The notes under the pieces: model-generated
Databases searched by the model: none
Told to the model about the DNA's origin: nothing
Seen by the model: only the letters and a program-made list of their open reading frames with translations
Position numbers and translations under genes: made by a program
Shown here: piece by piece, positions 25,685 to 33,529 of the stretch
Layout of the letters: each line of letters starts with the position of its first letter
Position numbering within the stretch: the stretch's first letter is position 1
DNA from: a virus
Reading direction: 5' to 3' (one strand)
IMG/VR virus record: IMGVR_UViG_3300031963_000009
DNA: 64,000 bases

Positions 25685-25834
25685 ATGACTAACTTTATGA
25701 CTTGGGATAAGTTGAAAAAGCAGATGACGATTGAAGCTGTTGAATACTACATCTATCGGATGAAGGAAGACAACTGCAATCAAGCTGCGATTGATGTCTA
25801 CACAAAGTTTTTGGAGGAACTTGAATCGGAATGA
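25685..25834 (+). CDS. Hypothetical protein (49 aa)
   Basis: MTNFMTWDKLKKQMTIEAVEYYI. Confidence 0.55.
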   Translation: MTNFMTWDKLKKQMTIEAVEYYIYRMKEDNCNQAAIDVYTKFLEELESE

Positions 25835-26016
25835 CCTACACAATTTCAAAAGAAATTAGAATCCACAATGATCAAGATGGTTGGGAGTATGTATTTACAA
25901 CCGATGATTATGGAACTGTAAATGTGCAAGATAGTAATGGTCCTACATTTCAAACCATTCACATTCCTAGGGATTGTATTCAACACTTCATTGATGCTTT
26001 GGAAGAACTGAAATGA
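25831..26016 (+). CDS. Hypothetical protein
   Basis: GGAGG SD; ATGA overlap. Confidence 0.65.
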   Translation: MTYTISKEIRIHNDQDGWEYVFTTDDYGTVNVQDSNGPTFQTIHIPRDCIQHFIDALEELK

Positions 26017-26387
26017 ACTATCAATGTCCTCGTTGTCAAGAACGTGTAAAAGATTGGGAAGGTGATGATCCCAAATGTGGTTTTGATGAGAATGGCAACT
26101 TTCTAGAAAATAACTGGAATTGTGCTACTCTCAATGCTCTGCGTGAGAGAGCAGAAGAGAACACAGTGTGGAGTAACAATCAACAAAATGTTTCTGTCAT
26201 TCAAACATATGATGTAGGACATGCTATCCTCTCTTGGTATAAGTGGAGAGGTCAAACTGATGACTTCCGTGATGGTTACTTTGATCGTGGAACTCTAACG
26301 TATGCCCAACAGATTCTAGGTGATAGAGAACCTGACAATGGTTTTGATGGTTGGGAAGATTCTATTTTTGATGAGGATGAAGAATGA
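26013..26387 (+). CDS. Hypothetical protein with an N-terminal CxxC
   Basis: CPRCQER...PKCGF...NWNCATLNALR. Confidence 0.72.
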   Translation: MNYQCPRCQERVKDWEGDDPKCGFDENGNFLENNWNCATLNALRERAEENTVWSNNQQNVSVIQTYDVGHAILSWYKWRGQTDDFRDGYFDRGTLTYAQQILGDREPDNGFDGWEDSIFDEDEE

Positions 26388-26647
26388 CTAACTCAAATCT
26401 CTCTAAGATCCGTCCCAAACTGAGGACAACTGGGCGTGTTTCTGGTAACTTTGGACGAAACAAAGTTGTTAGTGGATCTCCCATAAATGATCTAGGTATT
26501 ACTAAAGTTGAAGTCGTCAAGTGTGCGACACAAGATGAATATCTTGCACGACTTTGGTACGCATTTGATAACACTGACGATGATAAACTTCGTCTTTTCC
26601 TACATCAAGAAATCCGCAAAATCCACATTCAACGAGGTACATGGTGA
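26384..26647 (+). CDS. Hypothetical protein
   Basis: KIRPKLRTTGRVSGNFGRNKV. Confidence 0.7.
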   Translation: MTNSNLSKIRPKLRTTGRVSGNFGRNKVVSGSPINDLGITKVEVVKCATQDEYLARLWYAFDNTDDDKLRLFLHQEIRKIHIQRGTW

Positions 26648-26862
26648 TGAGAAAAAAGTACAACTTCAATAACATGTCTCTTGCAGAGCTTCTGGGAATC
26701 TTTGTAGGTATCCTTGCAATCGTGTTTCTCTTTCTCAGTTTTGAAGCTTGGTTGCTTGGACTGATTCTATCTTGGTTTGCAGTTCAACTCACCTTCTGGC
26801 AATGTTTCGCTATTGTCTTTCTCATTCAGGCCATTTTGGGCTCTGCAAAGAGCAATAACTGA
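26647..26862 (+). CDS. Small membrane protein
   Basis: Two hydrophobic segments. Confidence 0.65.
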   Translation: MRKKYNFNNMSLAELLGIFVGILAIVFLFLSFEAWLLGLILSWFAVQLTFWQCFAIVFLIQAILGSAKSNN

Positions 26863-26866
26863 CCTA

Positions 26867-26938
26867 GTGTGACGGTTGGCGGACTGGACACCAAACCCGC
26901 CAACCGCAGCCAGATCCTGTATCTTGGCCATGTTGAGA
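26867..26938 (+). promoter_or_regulatory. Early element copy 7
   Basis: GTGTGACGGTTGGCGGACTGGACAC..CCGCCAA..CAGATCCTG-TATCTT-GGCC-ATGTTGAGA. Confidence 0.85.
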
Positions 26939-26948
26939 GATGAATCAA

Positions 26949-27110
26949 ATGCGAATCGACATCCGTTGTCCTGCTGCTCCCTGGGAGAATCACACCACTG
27001 ATCTAGACAGAGCATACGACATCGCATACAATTTGAGTGAAGAATACCAGTGTGATGTTGACCTCTACTACAACACCACTGGCACACTTTACACCACTGT
27101 TTCTGCCTGA
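26949..27110 (+). CDS. Small hypothetical protein (53 aa)
   Basis: MRIDIRCPAAPWENHTTDLDRAYDIAYNLSEEYQCDVDL. Confidence 0.65.
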   Translation: MRIDIRCPAAPWENHTTDLDRAYDIAYNLSEEYQCDVDLYYNTTGTLYTTVSA

Positions 27111-27113
27111 ACA

Positions 27114-27278
27114 ATGTCAGTATCTATTCTGCGTCCTGAACAACAATTCCTGTTCACACATGAACAGATGGGCTTAATTTATGATCTCTTGAGTGCATAT
27201 TTGGGAGAGACAAATCATCCTGATGAAGTTGCTCTCACTCAGGAAACTCTAGATGTTATCACCATTCAATCCGTATGA
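27114..27278 (+). CDS. Hypothetical protein (54 aa)
   Basis: MSVSILRPEQQFLFTHEQM. Confidence 0.5.
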   Translation: MSVSILRPEQQFLFTHEQMGLIYDLLSAYLGETNHPDEVALTQETLDVITIQSV

Positions 27279-27439
27279 TCTATAAAGTATTGATTGAGTT
27301 CACAGACAACAACTTTGAAGAAAAAATTATAGCATCTAATGCCTCAGCGGGAACTTTATGCGACAAGATTTTATGTCAAGATCGCATAGGTAAAATCCGA
27401 TCTGTAGAAGCAAATCCACTTAAATCTTTAGGAGAATAA
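27275..27439 (+). CDS. Hypothetical protein (54 aa)
   Basis: MIYKVLIEFTDNNFEEK; ATGA overlap. Confidence 0.5.
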   Translation: MIYKVLIEFTDNNFEEKIIASNASAGTLCDKILCQDRIGKIRSVEANPLKSLGE

Positions 27440-27441
27440 TT

Positions 27442-27579
27442 ATGTTCACATCCTTGACTATATTTGTTGCATGGTTTGCCTTTGGTTACTGTATTGCTGA
27501 CATTATCACGAATTGGCGTAGTCAAAAACAAATTGATGAGCTCGTCAAAGAGATTGTAAAAGAAGGCGATAAACAATGA
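27442..27579 (+). CDS. Small membrane protein (45 aa)
   Basis: AGGAG SD; N-terminal TM segment. Confidence 0.5.
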   Translation: MFTSLTIFVAWFAFGYCIADIITNWRSQKQIDELVKEIVKEGDKQ

Positions 27580-27881
27580 TCCTCGCTGGATTGATGTGTG
27601 GAATCGCAACATTTTATGGTGTTGGTGATGGATTCCACGGCCAAACAACTGCAAGCGGAAAATCATTCAATGCCTATGGTCTGACTGCTGCTCATCCATA
27701 CTTGAGAATGGGCAGCAAATTACGCATCACAAATCAGGATAACATGAAACAAGTTATCGTGACTGTGAATGATCGTGGACCGTACAGCCATGCGGATATT
27801 GATCTTTCGTATGGGGCTTTTAGGAGAATTGCTTCACCTTCACAAGGTAACGCAGTTGTATGTTTTAGGGTGATCGGTTAG
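27576..27881 (+). CDS. rlpA: RlpA-like double-psi beta-barrel lytic transglycosylase
   Basis: ATFYG..TASGKSFN...TAAHP.L..G..L.ITN...V.VTVNDRGPY...IDLSYGAF. Confidence 0.85.
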   Translation: MILAGLMCGIATFYGVGDGFHGQTTASGKSFNAYGLTAAHPYLRMGSKLRITNQDNMKQVIVTVNDRGPYSHADIDLSYGAFRRIASPSQGNAVVCFRVIG

Positions 27882-28061
27882 TTACAACAATTCATTTTTG
27901 ATGAATCTGATTGCAGGGGATGACCTAATCCCCTACTGGGGTAAAATTGCAGAAAAATCATTGTTTGCTCAAACTCAGATCCCTTGCCACGACAGGGATC
28001 TCAAAGAGAGATCGGTGCGACGCTTTGAGGGTTGGACAGATCAGAGGCAAACCGAGCCAGA

Positions 28062-28134
28062 GTGTGACAATCCCCAAACCGCACACCAATTCAACCAAAG
28101 GTGGCCATGAGGATGTATCTTAGCTATGTTGAGA
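28062..28134 (+). promoter_or_regulatory. Early element copy 8
   Basis: GTGTGACAATCCCCAAACCGCACAC...TATCTT(28116)-AGCT-ATGTTGAGA. Confidence 0.8.
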
Positions 28135-28150
28135 CAAACACACAAACCTC

Positions 28151-28372
28151 ATGACTTTCGTTGACGCACTGATTGCATCGGGTTATGTATTCGATGATGA
28201 GAATTATGATGGTTGTTATGTAAAACAAGATTCCGAAGGTTTCATTCATCTTTACCAGGAAAATGTGGATGATGATACTGACACTCTCTGGAATTATGTC
28301 AAGATGACTGATGATTTTGATGTGATTCATGAAGTAACTTTTGATCCTAATGTTGACACCATTGTTGAGTGA
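28151..28372 (+). CDS. Acidic hypothetical protein
   Basis: 73 aa, first gene after element 8. Confidence 0.68.
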   Translation: MTFVDALIASGYVFDDENYDGCYVKQDSEGFIHLYQENVDDDTDTLWNYVKMTDDFDVIHEVTFDPNVDTIVE

Positions 28373-28375
28373 ATC

Positions 28376-28540
28376 ATGAACGACAAAACTAAACTCATTC
28401 TCGCATTGATGCAAATTGATAACATCACCAACCTGATGAAAGAGAATGAGTATGAGCACTTTATGGTGTCGCATTTAATTCCTCTCAAAGTAGAAATGGA
28501 ACGACAATTAACTAACTTGAACCGACCCGAATCTAAATAA
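28376..28540 (+). CDS. Hypothetical protein (54 aa)
   Basis: MNDKTKLILALMQIDNITNLMKENEYEHFMVSHLIP. Confidence 0.6.
   Translation: MNDKTKLILALMQIDNITNLMKENEYEHFMVSHLIPLKVEMERQLTNLNRPESK
28533..28539 (+). promoter_or_regulatory. T4-type late promoter (CTAAATA)
   Basis: NATAAATA/CTAAATA-type motif 20 nt upstream of the MKTFQEF gene. Confidence 0.55.
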
Positions 28541-28558
28541 TTAAAAATTAGATTCAAG

Positions 28559-28765
28559 ATGAAAACCTTTCAAGAGTTCGTTGCTGAAATGGCCTATAAG
28601 GGAATGAGTAAAGAGAAAGAAAGTAGGATCAAAAAACAAATGACTGCGGCTAAAAAGTCATCGAAGAAAGCATCACAAGAAGGTGATGATGAGGCTGCAG
28701 AGAGACACGATCAAAGGCACAGAGCCCTGCGAGATAGAGTCAAACGCAGCGATCTGCCTTTCTGA
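28559..28765 (+). CDS. MKTFxEF-type small cyanophage protein (probably late)
   Basis: N-terminus MKTFQEFVAE; charged helical body. Confidence 0.7.
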   Translation: MKTFQEFVAEMAYKGMSKEKESRIKKQMTAAKKSSKKASQEGDDEAAERHDQRHRALRDRVKRSDLPF

Positions 28766-28773
28766 TGTAGCAA

Positions 28774-28845
28774 TGTGACAGTCTGCGGGCTGTCCACTGA
28801 TCGTGCCGAAGGGGGCTGTGGCCCTGTATCTTAGCCATGTTGAGA
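28774..28845 (+). promoter_or_regulatory. Early element copy 9
   Basis: TGTGACAGTCTGCGGGCTGTCCAC..TGCCGAAGGGGGCTGTGGCCCTG-TATCTT-AGCC-ATGTTGAGA. Confidence 0.88.
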
Positions 28846-28855
28846 GGAATCACTG

Positions 28856-29095
28856 ATGACTGACCGCAAGTTTCACAACATGAGCGTCGAAGATCGTGAG
28901 ATGTTTGCTTACAATGCAGCTTACGAGCGTCGTCAACAACAACTCGCTGCAGTTGCTCCTGAGCTGCGTATCAAATACTGCTTCGAGTTTCTGAAAGGTT
29001 ATGTTGCTGATGGTGATGATCTGATGTCAGCTCGTTGTTACGATGGCATCGCAAAGTACAGCGACAAACTTGACTGGTCTGAGGCACACTACTGA
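28856..29095 (+). CDS. Hypothetical protein
   Basis: 79 aa after element 9. Confidence 0.7.
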   Translation: MTDRKFHNMSVEDREMFAYNAAYERRQQQLAAVAPELRIKYCFEFLKGYVADGDDLMSARCYDGIAKYSDKLDWSEAHY

Positions 29096-29097
29096 TC

Positions 29098-29289
29098 ATG
29101 CACATTCCTTTTTTCACCAAGCTTAACATTGGTGTTGATAGTTTCAAGGATGCTCTTTACTGGTGGAATGAGAATGAAATGCCCGCCTTCTGGGTTGAAC
29201 TGAATAGTGGTTACTATCAGCTACATCCCCAACAATACGCTGAGGTTATGCTGGGGGAAGGTTATGCTGATGTTGTCTACACTAACTGA
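29098..29289 (+). CDS. Hypothetical protein
   Basis: TGA-TC-ATG junction. Confidence 0.6.
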   Translation: MHIPFFTKLNIGVDSFKDALYWWNENEMPAFWVELNSGYYQLHPQQYAEVMLGEGYADVVYTN

Positions 29290-29295
29290 TTCGGA

Positions 29296-29472
29296 ATGAC
29301 TTACAAAGAACTCCTGCAACAGCTTCAACAACTCACCGAAGATCAGCTCAACTCTGATGTTGCTATCTATGATGAAGGCACCGATGAGTATTATCAACTC
29401 AAAGTTGAGTTGGTATTTACTACCGGAGAATGTGATGTTCTTGATCCTGACCATCCTGTAATTCGTTTCTGA
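29296..29472 (+). CDS. Hypothetical protein (58 aa)
   Basis: MTYKELLQQLQQLTEDQLNSDVAIYD. Confidence 0.65.
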   Translation: MTYKELLQQLQQLTEDQLNSDVAIYDEGTDEYYQLKVELVFTTGECDVLDPDHPVIRF

Positions 29473-29696
29473 TGATGTACGCAACCCTAGCTGAGTTTTA
29501 CCGTTATGTTTATGCCTTCTATGGTCGTGGTGGTGTGTATCCCATGGGCGCAACTTTAGATGAGATTGAATCAGCAACTAAGATTCTCATTCGTGAGCTC
29601 ACCGCAACAGATAAAGACTTTGTGGGTGATAGCATTGATCGTGAGCTTGTGCGGGACATCCTCATTTCAGAATACGGCTTAGAGTTTCCTGACTAA
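29472..29696 (+). CDS. Hypothetical protein
   Basis: FYGRGGVYPMGAT...F.GDSIDRELVRD. Confidence 0.7.
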   Translation: MMYATLAEFYRYVYAFYGRGGVYPMGATLDEIESATKILIRELTATDKDFVGDSIDRELVRDILISEYGLEFPD

Positions 29697-29698
29697 GT

Positions 29699-29771
29699 AT
29701 GTGCCAGTTGGCGGGCTGTCCACCAAATCCGCCAAAGGGGCTCAGGGCCCTGTATCTTAGCCATGTTGAGA
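29699..29771 (+). promoter_or_regulatory. Early element copy 10
   Basis: GTGCCAGTTGGCGGGCTGTCCAC..CCGCCAAAGGGGCTCAGGGCCCTG-TATCTT-AGCC-ATGTTGAGA. Confidence 0.88.
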
Positions 29772-29783
29772 CAAACAAACGCA

Positions 29784-30062
29784 ATGAGTCAATTCATTTG
29801 TATCACTTTCGGTCCTCGCAATGATGATCCTGCACAATTCTGGAATGAGCGTACTTTCTGGGATCGTCAATCACAAGCAGAAAAGTGGGGTCTCAAGTCT
29901 CTCTCGATTGCAGGAACTTTCGGTTATGTTGTGATCGAAGATTGTGAAGATTCGTGGGAGATTGTTGATGAGTGCGGAGCACCTGATCATGCTGTGAGTA
30001 TTTCCTGCGACAGACTTGGCACCTATTCTGTTCAACCTGCACCTAAACTCATTCTGATCTGA
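29784..30062 (+). CDS. Hypothetical protein
   Basis: MSQFICITFGP...; the element ATG at 29763 is in frame. Confidence 0.7.
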   Translation: MSQFICITFGPRNDDPAQFWNERTFWDRQSQAEKWGLKSLSIAGTFGYVVIEDCEDSWEIVDECGAPDHAVSISCDRLGTYSVQPAPKLILI

Positions 30063-30220
30063 TGAACAAACAAATGGAAATGATCGACATTCTGCAAGAA
30101 GAATGCCGCAAAGATTCTGAACTCCTCGATATGATCATTGAGGAATATGTGATGGGGCTAAATGCTTTTGAAGAAGCAAATCTTGAAGATTTTATTGTCA
30201 ACAACTTCGGAGATCTTTGA
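30062..30220 (+). CDS. Small acidic protein (52 aa)
   Basis: TGATG overlap; MNKQMEMIDILQEEC. Confidence 0.55.
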   Translation: MNKQMEMIDILQEECRKDSELLDMIIEEYVMGLNAFEEANLEDFIVNNFGDL

Positions 30221-30222
30221 TC

Positions 30223-30492
30223 ATGGCTGCTAACAACACTCTCGCACATCTCCGTGATCGTGTGCAGCGTTTGATTGAACAACAGGGAGAAGATGCTCCT
30301 GCTGCTGCATTTATCTTTACCAATGCAGATGTATTCATTTGGGATGAAGGTGACGGAGATCAAATGCCTGTAGAACGTCAAATTGCTTCCGACATTCTCA
30401 ATGAGATTGAGGACTATGATCACATTTACACTGAGGTATTTGATCTGATCGAAGAAGAACTCAAGGCTCGCAATCTTATCGAAAATGACTGA
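30223..30492 (+). CDS. Hypothetical protein
   Basis: LIEQQGEDAPAAAFIFTNADVF. Confidence 0.7.
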   Translation: MAANNTLAHLRDRVQRLIEQQGEDAPAAAFIFTNADVFIWDEGDGDQMPVERQIASDILNEIEDYDHIYTEVFDLIEEELKARNLIEND

Positions 30493-30685
30493 GCACACTG
30501 GTTACACTTTCAACCGAGTTAAGTTCACCAAAGATGAGGAAACTTGTCTCTTACGTTTGCTGTTCCAAGCACGAGATTGTGGGAACTGTAATGTTGATGA
30601 AGAATGGCTGCCTTTGTGTAATGATCTGATCACAAAGTATTACAACAGCCAGATCAAAGAAGCTCAACCTATCCAAACTCTCTGA
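30485..30685 (+). CDS. Hypothetical protein
   Basis: MTEHTGYTFNRVKFT. Confidence 0.65.
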   Translation: MTEHTGYTFNRVKFTKDEETCLLRLLFQARDCGNCNVDEEWLPLCNDLITKYYNSQIKEAQPIQTL

Positions 30686-30692
30686 AATTATC

Positions 30693-30848
30693 ATGGTCGT
30701 TCACTTCTATGAAGGTCAGTCTTACTCTTGGGAGTATTCCAACCGCAGCTATGATGATAGCGGATGCTGGGAGGATTATCTGACTGCCGATGAGTATGAA
30801 GATGCTCTAGATCGTAAGCGGTTTGAGCAATCAAATCGAGACTGGTAG
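30693..30848 (+). CDS. Small acidic protein (51 aa)
   Basis: MVVHFYEGQSYSWEYSNR...; its TAG abuts element 11. Confidence 0.55.
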   Translation: MVVHFYEGQSYSWEYSNRSYDDSGCWEDYLTADEYEDALDRKRFEQSNRDW

Positions 30849-30916
30849 GCCAATTCACTGGCTGCACACTAAAGCTGCCGAGTGCAGCCAGAACCTGTAT
30901 CTTGGCCATGTTGAGA
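30848..30916 (+). promoter_or_regulatory. Early element copy 11
   Basis: GGCCAATTCACTGGCTGCACAC..TGCCGA..CAGCCAGAACCTG-TATCTT-GGCC-ATGTTGAGA. Confidence 0.85.
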
Positions 30917-30930
30917 GGAATCGCTCCCCA

Positions 30931-31074
30931 ATGTTTGACGAACTCTGGTCCGAGATTGCTGATGCTCCTGGTGAGATCTTCGACCGTCCGATGACAGCAG
31001 AAGAACGAGCTGAGTTTCAGAGAGTCTGTGAAATGTCTGAAGAAGAGTATTACTATTACATGGAAGCTGCCTGA
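30931..31074 (+). CDS. Small acidic protein (47 aa)
   Basis: MFDELWSEIADAPGEIFD. Confidence 0.6.
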   Translation: MFDELWSEIADAPGEIFDRPMTAEERAEFQRVCEMSEEEYYYYMEAA

Positions 31075-31075
31075 A

Positions 31076-31255
31076 ATGATGAACGATCTCCGTCAACGTT
31101 GTATGGATCTCGCCGATGAAATGTCGGCCGAGATCAATGGCAACCTGTTCTATGTTCCCGACGAAGACATAGAGAACTGCCTCAAAGCTCTGACTGAGGA
31201 TAACATCCAAGATGTCGCAGCTGAACTTGCAAACCTAGCTCACTGGTTTAACTGA
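31076..31255 (+). CDS. Hypothetical protein
   Basis: MMNDLRQRCMDLADEM. Confidence 0.6.
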   Translation: MMNDLRQRCMDLADEMSAEINGNLFYVPDEDIENCLKALTEDNIQDVAAELANLAHWFN

Positions 31256-31257
31256 TC

Positions 31258-31455
31258 ATGAATCTGAACACTCTTGAATTGCTCATTGCTGACTGCTTTG
31301 AGTACATCAATGACAACGATCCCAAAGCTGGTGCGTATTGGAGCAACCAACTCTTCACCAAGCAAGGTGACATCAAACGTCATATGATTACTGAGATGAC
31401 GCTTCAGCGGCTAGAGAACATCGCTGCTGAACTCTGCGACTATCAGGAAGTCTGA
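31258..31455 (+). CDS. Hypothetical protein
   Basis: TGA-TC-ATG junction; 65 aa. Confidence 0.62.
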   Translation: MNLNTLELLIADCFEYINDNDPKAGAYWSNQLFTKQGDIKRHMITEMTLQRLENIAAELCDYQEV

Positions 31456-31483
31456 TTAACACAAACACAACACACACAAAACA

Positions 31484-31810
31484 ATGGAACTGACCAAAGC
31501 TTTCCCTCCCGCTGACGATCTGATCATGAAACTGCAAGAGATTGATTACAGCAAACACTTCCACAAATACATGGACATTGTTGAAACTATTGTGGTGTGG
31601 ATTGCCGCAATCGCTACTATCATCTTCGAGAAGCTGCAGACGATGCGATTCAAAACTCCCGACACGATTGCTGACTACTTCTACTTCAACATCAACATGA
31701 TTGCTGCTCCTGGTGATGAGATTGTGGGTCTGAGTGTAGGCAATCGTTACATCGGTTTCTATGGCGACTCTCTGAACTGGGGTGTGCTCGACGAGAACGG
31801 CTGCCTTTGA
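31484..31810 (+). CDS. Hypothetical protein with a central TM segment
   Basis: FPPADDLIMKLQEIDY...IVVWIAAIATIIF. Confidence 0.7.
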   Translation: MELTKAFPPADDLIMKLQEIDYSKHFHKYMDIVETIVVWIAAIATIIFEKLQTMRFKTPDTIADYFYFNINMIAAPGDEIVGLSVGNRYIGFYGDSLNWGVLDENGCL

Positions 31811-31839
31811 TTTGAGCGAACAATTAAATTGATTTAATT

Positions 31840-31881
31840 CTGGCTGCATGGAGTGATCCAACCTACCATGCAGCCAGTTTT
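31840..31881 (+). terminator. Strong intrinsic terminator
   Basis: Perfect 12-bp stem CTGGCTGCATGG/CCATGCAGCCAG followed by TTTT. Confidence 0.72.
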
Positions 31882-31983
31882 AACGCTTTTTCCGGTTTCT
31901 GCCGTAGTGGTGGCCATGAGTCTCACCGCTTGCGACTTGAGACTGGCTGGGGGCTGGGTCAGATCCTACCAAACCTGGCCGGT

Positions 31984-32052
31984 GTGTGACAATCGGGTGG
32001 CTGTCCACTGATCCCGCCGAGAGGGCCCGTTAGGCCCTATATTGGCCACATG
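31984..32052 (+). promoter_or_regulatory. Early element copy 12
   Basis: GTGTGACAATCGGGTGGCTGTCCAC..CCGCCGA..TATATT-GGCCAC-ATG. Confidence 0.85.
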
Positions 32053-32100
32053 AGGGAGAGGGAACGACCTCCCCCCACCAAACCATTCTCCGCTCAAACC

Positions 32101-32415
32101 ATGCGTAAGATCGAAACTCTGATGAACCAGGCCATCCAGAAAGAAATCGACTGGAAGCTGGACAACACTGAAGTAATCAGCTGCTCCAACGTTTCTGATG
32201 TCTACCTGCATGGCAACCTGATTGCTCGTATCGGTGAAACTTGGATGGAACTGTTTGACGGTGGCTGGCAGACTGCTACCACCAAGTCCCGTCTGAATGC
32301 TATTCTCTCTGCACACGGCTGCCCTGGTGAGCGTGTCTTCCAACAGAAAGGCCAGTGGTTCATCACCATCAACGGAGCTAAGGTTCCTTTCTTCTCGGGT
32401 ATGCGTCTGAACTGA
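32101..32415 (+). CDS. Conserved phage hypothetical protein
   Basis: MRKIETLMNQAI...VYLHGNLIA...DGGWQTATTKSRLNAIL; an in-frame upstream ATG exists at 32050. Confidence 0.75.
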   Translation: MRKIETLMNQAIQKEIDWKLDNTEVISCSNVSDVYLHGNLIARIGETWMELFDGGWQTATTKSRLNAILSAHGCPGERVFQQKGQWFITINGAKVPFFSGMRLN

Positions 32416-32456
32416 TGGCTAGAACCAAAACGCTAACATTCAAGTCACCAAACAAA

Positions 32457-32573
32457 ATGAAAACAATTGGCCTGATCTTTGTGATAGCGTTTCTGATCTT
32501 TCCATCAGTTCGCTACACCACTGGGAGCATTCTGCACTCCACTGGTGACTTCATTCAATCCACAGCTGATTGA
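32457..32573 (+). CDS. Small membrane peptide (38 aa)
   Basis: MKTIGLIFVIAFLIFPSVRYTTG. Confidence 0.5.
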   Translation: MKTIGLIFVIAFLIFPSVRYTTGSILHSTGDFIQSTAD

Positions 32574-32578
32574 TTACG

Positions 32579-32740
32579 ATGAAGCACACCAACACAGTTC
32601 GCATCATTGACCGCCTCGGCTTGTTCCCTGAAACTAGAGGAAAAGCCCGCTACATCTCGGTCAAAACTTATGCTCATGCAATGGAGATTGTCGATGAGCA
32701 AAACAAACTTGGCAACACAGCCACACTGATTAACTGGTAA
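32579..32740 (+). CDS. Hypothetical protein (53 aa)
   Basis: MKHTNTVRIIDRLGLFPETRGKARYISVKT. Confidence 0.58.
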   Translation: MKHTNTVRIIDRLGLFPETRGKARYISVKTYAHAMEIVDEQNKLGNTATLINW

Positions 32741-32746
32741 CAAATT

Positions 32747-32914
32747 ATGGCTAAAGATTCTACAATGGTTGAAACTGAATACTACGAGCTTCCGCTTGAT
32801 TTTTATCTGAAGTGTGAGTTCATTGCTGCTCAATTAGAGGTCACAGTTGATTACCTTCTGGAGGAGTTTTACGATGATGGTGAACTCATTGTGCCAAACT
32901 TTGTGCAGGAATGA
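32747..32914 (+). CDS. Small acidic protein (55 aa)
   Basis: CEFIAAQLEVTVDYLLEEF. Confidence 0.55.
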   Translation: MAKDSTMVETEYYELPLDFYLKCEFIAAQLEVTVDYLLEEFYDDGELIVPNFVQE

Positions 32915-32923
32915 GCAACAATA

Positions 32924-32992
32924 GGACAGTCTGATGGCTGTCCACTAAATACGCCGCACCCAGCCAGAACTGGTATCTTAGCCATGTTGAGA
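32924..32992 (+). promoter_or_regulatory. Early element copy 13
   Basis: GGACAGTCTGATGGCTGTCCAC..CGCCGCA..CAGCCAGAACTGG-TATCTT-AGCC-ATGTTGAGA. Confidence 0.88.
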
Positions 32993-33010
32993 GATTCAAC
33001 CGAACCCCAA

Positions 33011-33142
33011 ATGTTCACAATCACCTATCAAGTTCCCTACAACAACTGTGAGTGGCGGACTCAAAGCTTCAAGACTCTCGCTGAAGCAGAGTCGATGATA
33101 GCTTTCTACCGCTCCTGTGGTTCACCTGCTAAACTTGTCTGA
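33011..33142 (+). CDS. Small hypothetical protein (43 aa)
   Basis: MFTITYQVPYNNCEWRTQSFKTLAEAESMIAFYRSCGSPAKLV. Confidence 0.62.
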   Translation: MFTITYQVPYNNCEWRTQSFKTLAEAESMIAFYRSCGSPAKLV

Positions 33143-33144
33143 TC

Positions 33145-33381
33145 ATGAAAACTTTAACTCTTCAAGTTACAGACGTTGAGTTTGATTTTGATGATGAAGA
33201 TTTTACGATTGAAGAGCAACTAGAAGTTATCAGCTCTGTCGTTGGTAACACCTTTGAGGTTGAAGTTGATGATGACGATGATGATGAAGCCATCGCACAT
33301 TGTCTAGTTGAAGAGGTGACAGATGCCACTGGTTGGTGTGTCTTCTCTCTTAATTTTGTTCACATTCTTAACACTCACTGA
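33145..33381 (+). CDS. Highly acidic hypothetical protein
   Basis: VTDVEFDFDDEDF...EVDDDDDDE...EEVTDATGWCV. Confidence 0.7.
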   Translation: MKTLTLQVTDVEFDFDDEDFTIEEQLEVISSVVGNTFEVEVDDDDDDEAIAHCLVEEVTDATGWCVFSLNFVHILNTH

Positions 33382-33382
33382 C

Positions 33383-33529
33383 ATGCGAATCGCTCTTCTG
33401 ATTGCTACTCTTGCTCTTGGGCTGAAGACTGGTCTTGCTGCTCATGCGACTGTGAATGCTTATCAAGAAGCACAAGCCGAACGGATGTGCCAGATTGATC
33501 CAAGCTACTGCGGACTGAAGCAAAAATAG
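33383..33529 (+). CDS. Small secreted/membrane peptide (48 aa)
   Basis: MRIALLIATLALG...CQIDPSYC; its TAG abuts element 14. Confidence 0.58.
   Translation: MRIALLIATLALGLKTGLAAHATVNAYQEAQAERMCQIDPSYCGLKQK

Noticed and set aside
27898-28110. 70-aa + strand ORF in the ORF track
   Set aside because: Atypical composition; it crosses hairpins and element 8 and is treated as non-coding.
27882-31983. tRNA genes in the hairpin-rich intergenic blocks
   Set aside because: No cloverleaf, TTCGA T-loop or acceptor stem with CCA could be built by eye; tRNAscan-SE or ARAGORN would settle it.
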